From: Candidatus Kaiserbacteria bacterium
GTDB lineage: Bacteria; Patescibacteriota; Minisyncoccia; Phycocordibacterales; UBA918
Assembly: GCA_019634005.1 (NCBI GenBank)
Contig: JAHQWD010000003.1
Coordinates: forward strand, 67,725 to 131,724
DNA: 64,000 nucleotides
Reading direction: 5' to 3'
Part shown: positions 56,933-64,000 of the stretch, piece after piece
How the letters are laid out: every line of letters starts with the position of its first letter
Position numbering within the stretch: the first letter of the stretch is position 1
Notes under the pieces: model-generated
What the model was told of the DNA's origin: nothing
Database searches by the model: none
The model's input: the letters and a program-made list of their open reading frames with translations, nothing else
Translations under genes and position numbers: made by a program

Positions 56933-57325
56933 ATGAAAATACTTCTCATCGCACTCGCTATCTTCGCACTCTTCATTATTTTAGACCTCATCTGGTTCTC
57001 TGTTGCAGGAAACTTCTTTAAGAATGAGGTTGGTAGTATTGCACGTCTGGCAGCAGATGGTTCATGGAATGTGCGGTATCTTCCTGCAGCTCTCGTGTAC
57101 ATTCTTATGACCATCGGTCTCTTGGTTTTTGTGCTCCCGCAGGCACCGACATTAGTCTCCGCGTTTCTTTTCGGAGCACTCTTCGGATTCATTGCGTATG
57201 GTATCTATGACCTCACCAATCTTGCAACACTCTCCGCATGGACGGTTAAGTTTGTCGTTGTTGATATGGTGTGGGGGGCGTTTCTTTGTGGAATAGTCGC
57301 ACTGTGTGCAAGAGCGTTATCGTAA
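56933..57325 (+). CDS. Small integral membrane protein (DUF2177-like)
   Basis: 3-4 TM helices. Confidence 0.45.
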   Translation: MKILLIALAIFALFIILDLIWFSVAGNFFKNEVGSIARLAADGSWNVRYLPAALVYILMTIGLLVFVLPQAPTLVSAFLFGALFGFIAYGIYDLTNLATLSAWTVKFVVVDMVWGAFLCGIVALCARALS

Positions 57326-57334
57326 AATATAGGT

Positions 57335-57733
57335 ATGGAAAATGCAGCAACGTGGTATGAGATGTTAGTGCGTCCATCATGGGCTCCTCCCGCATGGCTC
57401 TTTGGTCCCGTGTGGACAGTACTCTATGTAATTATCGCAGTTTCATTTGCATATGTCCTATATTTGGGAATTACCAAAAGGATTCCTCGTATAGTCCTCC
57501 TCCCGTTTACACTAAACCTCATTTTTAACCTCCTCTTCTCTCCGATACAATTTGGATTACAGAATAATCTTCTCGCGACGGTAGATATCCTCCTTGTACT
57601 CGGGACGCTCATTTGGTCACTTATTGCCATCTATCCATACGCACGGTGGGTAAGTCTTGTGAATATTCCATACGTACTATGGGTCTCGTTTGCAACCGTG
57701 CTCCAGGTGACCATCACAGTACTTAATTTTTAG
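57335..57733 (+). CDS. TspO/MBR-family tryptophan-rich membrane protein (short)
   Basis: WYEMLVRPSWAPPAWLFGPVWTVLY motif. Confidence 0.7.
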   Translation: MENAATWYEMLVRPSWAPPAWLFGPVWTVLYVIIAVSFAYVLYLGITKRIPRIVLLPFTLNLIFNLLFSPIQFGLQNNLLATVDILLVLGTLIWSLIAIYPYARWVSLVNIPYVLWVSFATVLQVTITVLNF

Positions 57734-57775
57734 TCTCCCTGTACACAGAGGGTGTGTTAAAGCCATTTTGAGTGG

Positions 57776-58993
57776 GTGGTATACTATACGCATATGCATA
57801 CAATAAAAAATCTTATTCCGTACAGTATTATCGGTTTTGTCGCAGTGTTTTTCTTTGCCGTACCGACACAGGCAGCGGTGCAGTGCACCTTTGATCGTGA
57901 CCTTGAAATTGGCATTGATGGAGAGGATGTGCGCTGTCTTCAGCGATACCTCAATGATGCAGGGTTCACTATTGCATCAAGCGGTGTCGGGTCTCCAGGA
58001 AATGAGACGACACTCTTCCGTACACTTACAGAAGAGGCTGTTGTACGTTGGCAGCAGGCGAATGGAATAAGTCCTGCAAGTGGGTATTTTGGCCCTCTCT
58101 CTCGTTCTAAATATGATGCACTCTTAAGTGATGCTCCGAGTAGTTCAACAACAGAAGTTTCCACACAGACGTCACAGGTACAGTCCCTTCTTGATCAGTT
58201 GGCGCTCCTTGAAAAACAGGTGGCAGAAGCAAAAGAGGAGACAGAGGTAGATGAGGATGAAGCAAAGGACATGTTGTTCCGTGCAATTGAGCAAATGAAG
58301 GAAACAGACGAACAGGTCGAAGATGCAGAAGATGATGGGGAAAACGTAGAGAACGCAGAGGATGATGCAAAAGATGCACGGGAGGATCTCTATGAGGCAA
58401 TGGAGGCATATTTAAACAAGCAGTTTGAGCGAGCACTCTCATATGCAGAAGATGCGTTTGATGGAGCGCTCGATGCTTATGAAGATGCTGGCGGAGAGAC
58501 TGAGGAGGATGAACTCGAAGAGGAGTTAGATGAGCTCGATGATGATATTGATGATGCGTGGGACCAGATTGAAGAAGCCGAAGATGACGACAAAGAGGTG
58601 GACGAATCTGAGGAAATCCTTGAAGAAGCAGAAGAGCTACTTGAGCAGGCGGAAGACGAGTTAGATAGTGGAGATTACGATGATGTTCGCGATCTCATTG
58701 AGGATATTGAAGATCTCATTGAGGACGCTATTGATGCAATCGGGGAGTCTAAAGAATCTCGTGCTGAGGATGCTATTGAAGAAGCTGAAGATCTTATCGA
58801 CTACGTAAAGGGACGTATAGAAGACGCTGAGGACGATGGGGATGATGTAGACGAGGCAGAGGACTTAATCGAGGAAGCCGAGGACCTGCTTGATGAAGCC
58901 GAGGATGCCTTTGATGATGAGGATTACGAAGAGGCTGAAGAACTTGCAGAAGATGCTGAGGATGCAGCTGAGGATGCACTTGAGGAGCTTTAA
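57776..58993 (+). CDS. Secreted protein: peptidoglycan-binding-like domain plus approx. 270-aa extremely acidic (Glu/Asp/Ala) helical tail
   Basis: Signal peptide (AVPTQA|AVQ). A PG_binding_1-like region (RCLQRYLNDAGF...WQQANGISPASGYFGP). The tail is built from EDAEDDG-type repeats. Confidence 0.55.
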   Translation: MVYYTHMHTIKNLIPYSIIGFVAVFFFAVPTQAAVQCTFDRDLEIGIDGEDVRCLQRYLNDAGFTIASSGVGSPGNETTLFRTLTEEAVVRWQQANGISPASGYFGPLSRSKYDALLSDAPSSSTTEVSTQTSQVQSLLDQLALLEKQVAEAKEETEVDEDEAKDMLFRAIEQMKETDEQVEDAEDDGENVENAEDDAKDAREDLYEAMEAYLNKQFERALSYAEDAFDGALDAYEDAGGETEEDELEEELDELDDDIDDAWDQIEEAEDDDKEVDESEEILEEAEELLEQAEDELDSGDYDDVRDLIEDIEDLIEDAIDAIGESKESRAEDAIEEAEDLIDYVKGRIEDAEDDGDDVDEAEDLIEEAEDLLDEAEDAFDDEDYEEAEELAEDAEDAAEDALEEL

Positions 58994-59000
58994 AAGAAAA

Positions 59001-59030
59001 AGACCGCTTGTGAAGGCGGTCTTTTTATTA
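59001..59030 (+). terminator. Intrinsic terminator (gaccgcttgtgaaggcggtc plus TTTTT)
   Basis: Seen in sequence. Confidence 0.55.
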
Positions 59031-59043
59031 AAATGAAAGAAAT

Positions 59044-59460
59044 ATGGAGATTAATTACACAGTTGTACTAGGGCTTGCGGTGATTGCTTTAATAGTGAGT
59101 GCCATCTGGTATGGTCCGCTCTTTGGAAAAGCATGGATACGCACTCACGGCGCAGATGCAGACGATCTTAAAAAGCGTAAAGAAATGCAAAAGAAAGCGG
59201 GACCACTCTACGTCATTCAGTTCTTACTCGTGCTCTTTCAGATCTATGTACTTGCACACTATGTAAAAGGGTGGGATACGGTTTCAGGTATAGAGAATGC
59301 ATTATGGCTCTGGGGTGCGTTTATCATGCCAACAGTTGCTGCGTCGTCTATGTGGACGAATGACACCGCTGCAGTGAAATGGGTACGATTTCTTATCCAA
59401 GCTGGATGTCAGCTCGTCCTCTTTATTCTCTTCGGATATGTACTTGGAGTGTGGGGGTAG
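59044..59460 (+). CDS. Integral membrane protein (DUF1761-like)
   Basis: Four hydrophobic helices. Confidence 0.45.
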   Translation: MEINYTVVLGLAVIALIVSAIWYGPLFGKAWIRTHGADADDLKKRKEMQKKAGPLYVIQFLLVLFQIYVLAHYVKGWDTVSGIENALWLWGAFIMPTVAASSMWTNDTAAVKWVRFLIQAGCQLVLFILFGYVLGVWG

Positions 59461-59483
59461 GTGATCTGGTATACTAGATTTCT

Positions 59484-60014
59484 ATGAAGAAAGTGGCTGT
59501 TGGTTCAGAAAATCCAGTAAAACTCGAGGCAGTGGAGAAGGCTTTTTCACAAGTTTTTCCCAATGAGATCTGGCAGGTTGAAGGGGTACATGTATCTTCA
59601 GGGGTGTCAGACCAGCCAATGTCTGATGTTGAGTGTATTGAAGGAGCAACAAATCGTGCAAGAGGAGCAAGAGATACACAAGACGCAGATTTTGGTGTTG
59701 GCATAGAGAGTGGGTTGCAAGAAGTTAATGGTGACTATTTTGAGGCTGGGTGGGTGGTCATTCTGGATCAGAAAGGCAAAATGGGCATTGGCTCGAGTAT
59801 TCGAATCATGGTTCCAGAGAAGATGGTGGAGCTTGTCCGTAAAGGACATGAGGTCGGAGAGGTGAATGATATGCTTTTTGATCTTGAAAATAGTAAACAG
59901 GGAGACGGACACTTTGGTCTCATGACAGGCGGTGCAATTACTCGTATGCACGGACTCCGTGATGGAGTTATTTCGGCACTTGCACTTTTTATCAATCCAC
60001 AGTTAGATGAGTAA
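59484..60014 (+). CDS. yjjX: Non-canonical purine NTP phosphatase (inosine/xanthosine triphosphatase, YjjX family)
   Basis: Colinear with E. coli YjjX: VAVGSENPVKLEAVEKAF, QPMSDVECIEGATNRARGAR, ADFGVGIESGL. Confidence 0.7.
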   Translation: MKKVAVGSENPVKLEAVEKAFSQVFPNEIWQVEGVHVSSGVSDQPMSDVECIEGATNRARGARDTQDADFGVGIESGLQEVNGDYFEAGWVVILDQKGKMGIGSSIRIMVPEKMVELVRKGHEVGEVNDMLFDLENSKQGDGHFGLMTGGAITRMHGLRDGVISALALFINPQLDE

Positions 60015-60016
60015 GT

Positions 60017-60481
60017 ATGAAAATAACTATTTGCGGTAGCATGGCATTCCATGCAGAAATGGAAGCAGCGCGGGACACATTACTTGCGCATGGACACGAG
60101 GTAAAAATCCCAGAGTTGGCAAAAGAAGCGCCTGAAGAATTCGGAGGGGATAAGAAAGTATATTTTGGCAAGTATATTGAAGAGCATGGTGGTATTGATG
60201 CTTTTCCACCAGAACATGCTGTCTGGGAGCACAAGCGCGGTGCAATCATTGATCACTTTGAGAAGATAGAGTGGGCAGATGCTATTCTTGTGGTGAATCC
60301 AGAGAAGCGTGGTATCCCTGGATATGTAGGGGGAAACACGTTGATCGAGATTGGTGTTGCTTTTTGTAAAGAGCGGGACATTTACATTCTTAACAATATT
60401 TCTTCGGAGCTCTCGTACAAACAAGAAATTATTGCGATGAAGCCCGTGATGCTTGAGGGGGATATAACGAAGATAGCATGA
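60017..60481 (+). CDS. SLOG-superfamily Rossmann protein (LOG / nucleoside 2-deoxyribosyltransferase-like)
   Basis: N-terminal ITICGSMAF and a PGYVGGNTLIEIGVAF motif resembling the LOG PGGxGTxxE. 154 aa. Confidence 0.45.
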   Translation: MKITICGSMAFHAEMEAARDTLLAHGHEVKIPELAKEAPEEFGGDKKVYFGKYIEEHGGIDAFPPEHAVWEHKRGAIIDHFEKIEWADAILVVNPEKRGIPGYVGGNTLIEIGVAFCKERDIYILNNISSELSYKQEIIAMKPVMLEGDITKIA

Positions 60482-61053
60482 GTATCCGAACGTACATACC
60501 AAAAGATGCAAAAGTAATACCAGGGCATGCTGAGAAAGTTTTTTCTGGAGTTATCTTTGATGTGTATCAGTGGCCACAGGAAATGTACGATGGGACTACT
60601 GAAACCTTTGAGATGTTGAAACGTCCAGATACAGTACGTGCCATTGCGATACGAGACAATAAGCTGGTGGTTCTTGAACAAGAACAGCCTGTTGTAGGAG
60701 CATTCTTTGATGTGCCTGGTGGTCGACATGACTTTGAAGGTGAGACAGAGCTTGAGGCCGTACAACGAGAGACCAAAGAAGAGTGTGGCATGCAATTTGG
60801 AAATTGGAGACTACTTAAAGTAGATCAACCACACACAAAAATAGACTGGCTTGTCTACACGTTCCTCGCTACGGATTTCATAGATGAGGTTCCCCAAGAA
60901 CTCGAGTCTGGAGAAAAGATTACGGTGCATCTAAAGACATTTGACGAGGTGAAGATGCTTCTGAGAGATCCTCGTGCACGATCTCTTGGCGCAGATATTT
61001 TGGAACATGTTGATTCAATTGATGAACTCCTCGAGCTACCTAGTATAGAATAA
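60478..61053 (+). CDS. NUDIX hydrolase
   Basis: Nudix box GGRHDFEGETELEAVQRETKEECGM. Confidence 0.8.
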   Translation: MSIRTYIPKDAKVIPGHAEKVFSGVIFDVYQWPQEMYDGTTETFEMLKRPDTVRAIAIRDNKLVVLEQEQPVVGAFFDVPGGRHDFEGETELEAVQRETKEECGMQFGNWRLLKVDQPHTKIDWLVYTFLATDFIDEVPQELESGEKITVHLKTFDEVKMLLRDPRARSLGADILEHVDSIDELLELPSIE

Positions 61054-61060
61054 TGAATTA

Positions 61061-61165
61061 TGAAAACAGTGACACTTTGCGGAAGTAGAAAGTTTAAACC
61101 AGAAATGCGTGCGTTTGCGCAGGTGTTGAGTCTTGGGTTTGTCGAAACACATGAAGAAGTATAGA
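61061..61165 (+). pseudogene. 34-codon remnant of a second SLOG-family gene (MKTVTLCGSRKFKPEMRAFAQVL...)
   Basis: Its N-terminus is paralogous to that of CDS 60017..60481. It ends at a TAG after 34 codons. Confidence 0.3.
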
Positions 61166-61173
61166 CTGGAATC

Positions 61174-62310
61174 ATGAACGTGACAGCGAAATGGATCATA
61201 GGACTTAGTATTGTCATTGCACTCGGGGCCTATGTAGTATTAGGTGACATAGCTAGAGAAGATACCCAAGGAGAGTCTATTGTAATTGGTTTCATTGCGC
61301 CGCTCACTGGAGATGCTTCAGTATATGGGATCCCAAAACGCAATACAGTTGAGCTTGCTGTCTCAGAAATTAATAAAACGGGAGGTGTTGATGGACATCT
61401 GTTACGTGTTATCTATGAGGATGGGAAATGTACAGGAGGAGGTGCGGTTGATGCTGCACACAGGCTCGTCGATGTTAAGGAGGTCGAAGTAATTATTGGA
61501 GGTTTCTGCAGTAACGAATCCGTCTCTGCAGAGCCGATTACTACCGCTAATGATATCTTCCTTGTCTCTGCAGGATCAAGTAGCCCTGACCTTACTGATG
61601 TGAGTCCGCTTTTTGCACGTACGTACCCAAGCGATGCTAGTCAGGGAGCCGTACTTGCAAATGCTGCATTTGAGCGAGGGTGGAGAAAGATTGCTTTTAT
61701 ACAGGAACAATTAGACTATCCGCTTGGTATTTATAGAGCATTTGCACAGCGATTTGAAACATTGGGTGGGGCAGTTGTGGTAGAGGAATTTCAAGCTACT
61801 GAGACGGAATTTCTCTCTTACCTTATGAGACTTCAGGTCACAAACCCAGATGCCTTATTTATTGATACGCAGACGGCAGCCTCTGCATCGCGTGTTGTCG
61901 AACAAATTACAGAGCTTGAATGGGAGGTGCCACTCCTTATCTCAGATGCTCCCGCAACAGATCTCAAGTTCACTTCAGCGTATGCAGAATTCCTGGAGGG
62001 GGCTCTTGCCGCTGTTGTTGATGTAGATAGCAATAATGAGATATTCCAACATCTCAAGACGCAGTATGAGATGCAATATGGGTCCTTGCCGTATGCTAAC
62101 TATATGCAGGTTGTATATGACACCGTGTACTTACTTGCAGATGGTATTGCAGATGTGGGATATGATGCAACCGCGCTTGCTGCGTGGGTACGGGAGACAG
62201 AAGGATGGAGCGGAGCATCAGGAGTCGTTGATATTGGAGAAAATGGGGATCGTCTTGGAGGACATCATCTTAAGAGCATCTCGGACGGTATGCTTGTTAA
62301 CATACAGTAA
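61174..62310 (+). CDS. ABC transporter substrate-binding protein (type 1 periplasmic binding fold, LivK-like), membrane anchored
   Basis: N-terminal TM anchor. GFIAPLTGDASVYG...GGV pattern of branched-chain amino-acid-type binding proteins. Confidence 0.7.
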   Translation: MNVTAKWIIGLSIVIALGAYVVLGDIAREDTQGESIVIGFIAPLTGDASVYGIPKRNTVELAVSEINKTGGVDGHLLRVIYEDGKCTGGGAVDAAHRLVDVKEVEVIIGGFCSNESVSAEPITTANDIFLVSAGSSSPDLTDVSPLFARTYPSDASQGAVLANAAFERGWRKIAFIQEQLDYPLGIYRAFAQRFETLGGAVVVEEFQATETEFLSYLMRLQVTNPDALFIDTQTAASASRVVEQITELEWEVPLLISDAPATDLKFTSAYAEFLEGALAAVVDVDSNNEIFQHLKTQYEMQYGSLPYANYMQVVYDTVYLLADGIADVGYDATALAAWVRETEGWSGASGVVDIGENGDRLGGHHLKSISDGMLVNIQ

Positions 62311-62918
62311 TGACTTATTATATTTTGCACAATTACAGACGCTGCCCGTTTTGTATTCGGGTGCGCATCATGCTCTATCTCAAAGGTGTGGAGTATGAAG
62401 TTGTTGAAGAACCGCTTCGTGTTTGGACAGATTGGATGAGAGAGTGGAGCAAAGATAATAATGAACGGCCACGTGTCCCTGTGCTTCGTATTGATGATGT
62501 GGTCTATACGGAATCCAATGAGATTAATCTGATGTTGGATGAGGATAAGGAGTATACACCTGAAGATATTACTGAAATGAGAAAATGGTTCTCATGGTGT
62601 GATGATGTACTGAAGCCACAGATAGATCTGTATAAATATGGAGCGAATCTACAGTTTGATACAGAAGAGAATAAAGGACACGAGAAAAAACTACGAGAAA
62701 TGCTCCAGAAGTTAGAAGACACCCTCAAAGAGAAGACATACCTTATGGAAGAAAGACTTACGGTGGTAGACATTGCTATCATTCCGTTTGTTCGGCAAAT
62801 CATGCGCACACGAAACGGTGTCTTTGATTTCACTTCATTTCCGCATATTGTCAGTTGGGCAAATACAGTTCTAGAGACCGATTGGTTCCAGAATGAGGTT
62901 ATGAAGAAAAGGCAATAG
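62310..62918 (+). CDS. Glutathione S-transferase / Grx2-like thioredoxin-fold protein
   Basis: CPFC active-site motif at the N-terminus, followed by an alpha-helical GST-C-like domain. Confidence 0.55.
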   Translation: MTYYILHNYRRCPFCIRVRIMLYLKGVEYEVVEEPLRVWTDWMREWSKDNNERPRVPVLRIDDVVYTESNEINLMLDEDKEYTPEDITEMRKWFSWCDDVLKPQIDLYKYGANLQFDTEENKGHEKKLREMLQKLEDTLKEKTYLMEERLTVVDIAIIPFVRQIMRTRNGVFDFTSFPHIVSWANTVLETDWFQNEVMKKRQ

Positions 62919-63849
62919 TGAAAGTTGACCCTTCTCCAAGAGTACTCTCTGCAGCAATCGTTCCATTATGCTTTTCCACAATACGTTTTGTGATAGCAAG
63001 CCCAAGTCCGTTTCCTGTCTTTCTAGAAGCTTTCACTCTATAGAAACGGTCAAAGACATGAGGAAGATCTCCCTCTGCAATTCCAATACCTGTGTCAGAG
63101 ACAGAGAGGAGTACATCGTCAGTCTTGCTGAGTGCAAATGAGAGTTTCTTTTTACCATCTCCCATATATTTCAGGGCGTTACTTGCAAGATTCATAAGTA
63201 CGGCACGAAGCTCTGCCAAATCTCCCTGAATATGGATATTAGGAGTTATGTTTGAAGTAACAACAACATCGTCTGCCGAAGCAATCGTCTCCACCTCTTC
63301 AACAACGTCGGCAAGAAGTTCTGAGAGGTTTACGGACTGGTGTGTCGTTGGAGTGGTTTCAAGACGTGCAAGGGTGAGGAGGTCATCTATGAAATGAGAA
63401 AGGTCCATGAGTGACCGATTAAGTGTCTCCGCGTTCTCCATTTGGTCTACGTTGTTTTTAAAGACTGCGAGAGGAGTCTGCAACCCGTGTGCAATATCGA
63501 GCATCATTTGGCTTTGATTCTCATGAAGCGCGCGAACCTCTGCAGTACGTTCTTCTACCTTATCCTCAAGTTCGCGGAAGAGACGCGCACGTCCAAGTGC
63601 TGTCGCTGCGTGATACGCAAACGTGGTGAGTAGGTGCTTATCCTCCTCGGTATAAGGATCTCCAGATTTTTTCTCACACACCACAATGTGACCAATGGTC
63701 TCGTCATTAAGGATAATTGGTTGCCGAAGTTCGACATGCTCCGCATCGCATCCTTTTGAGTTGTCGGTGAGCTCAATAGTCACGCTACTCGCACGAAGGG
63801 TCTCTTGAAGTGTTGTTTCAATACTTTTCACTAGGGCGTTAAAGTCCAC
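62899..63849 (-). CDS. Sensor histidine kinase (GAF C-terminal part + HisKA + HATPase_c), probably 5'-incomplete in this annotation
   Basis: H-box DIAHGLQTPLA, N-box LMNLASNALKY, G1 DTGIGI, G2 GNGLGLAI. The GAF-like N-terminal part is truncated at the listed Met. The gene may extend upstream toward the window end. Confidence 0.8.
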   Translation of the reverse strand: MDFNALVKSIETTLQETLRASSVTIELTDNSKGCDAEHVELRQPIILNDETIGHIVVCEKKSGDPYTEEDKHLLTTFAYHAATALGRARLFRELEDKVEERTAEVRALHENQSQMMLDIAHGLQTPLAVFKNNVDQMENAETLNRSLMDLSHFIDDLLTLARLETTPTTHQSVNLSELLADVVEEVETIASADDVVVTSNITPNIHIQGDLAELRAVLMNLASNALKYMGDGKKKLSFALSKTDDVLLSVSDTGIGIAEGDLPHVFDRFYRVKASRKTGNGLGLAITKRIVEKHNGTIAAESTLGEGSTFTIAFSS

Positions 63850-64000
63850 ACTGGTGTGGAGAATGGCACTGAGGGACTCAAGTGCTTCAGGATAGTCATA
63901 GTGGTCTTTGAAGAAGAAACGGTCTGTCCATTTCGTAAAGAATCGTTCGATGACTGGAACGGTATAGATGCCAACGATAAGGAGTAGGAGCGCAGAGACT

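Noticed and set aside
57776-58993. CRISPR array or nucleotide-level tandem repeat in the acidic-protein gene
   Set aside because: The repetitiveness is at the amino-acid level (Glu/Asp/Ala-rich). There are no regular direct repeats with unique spacers, and no cas genes anywhere in the window.

Overview
This 64 kb window appears to be a chromosomal segment from a small-genome bacterium. It is gene-dense (about 47% GC), the intergenic regions are short, and several tRNAs lack an encoded CCA. It also carries short versions of S1, IF-2 and Rel/SpoT, a type IV pilin, and an array of VirB2/TrbC-like mini-pilins. Taken together this looks Patescibacteria/CPR-like, but that is an inference rather than something the sequence proves.

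Core genes on the minus strand include trxB, ftsZ-ftsA-ybeY, rpsU, a HisRS-like gene, lepB, rpsA, rbfA-infB, miaA, rel/spoT and topA-dprA. On the plus strand there are an ABC exporter, pth, gyrA, trhO, a NifS-like cysteine desulfurase, clpB, parB, serS, dus, a DD-carboxypeptidase, a RelE/ParE toxin-antitoxin pair and dnaX-like. Nine tRNAs were found: Glu, Leu(UAA), Cys, Lys, Leu(UAG), Tyr, Trp, Leu(CAA) and Gln.

The most interesting accessory content is an island that starts immediately after tRNA-Gln (about 49.1 to 55.9 kb). It encodes an 881-aa Rad50/RloC-like ABC ATPase with a CxxC zinc hook inside a coiled coil and a C-terminal R-x3-E...H module. A gamma-glutamyl-cyclotransferase-like protein follows directly, then a frameshifted HNH endonuclease, an FAD monooxygenase and an unknown 354-aa protein.

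Other items worth a look:
- a tandem array of four VirB2/TrbC-like small pilins, with a fifth copy flanked by two tRNAs;
- a tRNA-like acceptor/T-arm minihelix at the start of a putative ~225-nt ncRNA in a 360-nt intergenic gap;
- a highly structured ~130-nt RNA element with a 19-bp helix upstream of an MBL-fold hydrolase;
- a YjjX-SLOG-NUDIX nucleotide house-cleaning cluster with a SLOG gene remnant;
- an extremely acidic secreted protein with a peptidoglycan-binding domain;
- several perfect palindromes that double as bidirectional terminators and force start-codon corrections.

No rRNA and no CRISPR array were seen.
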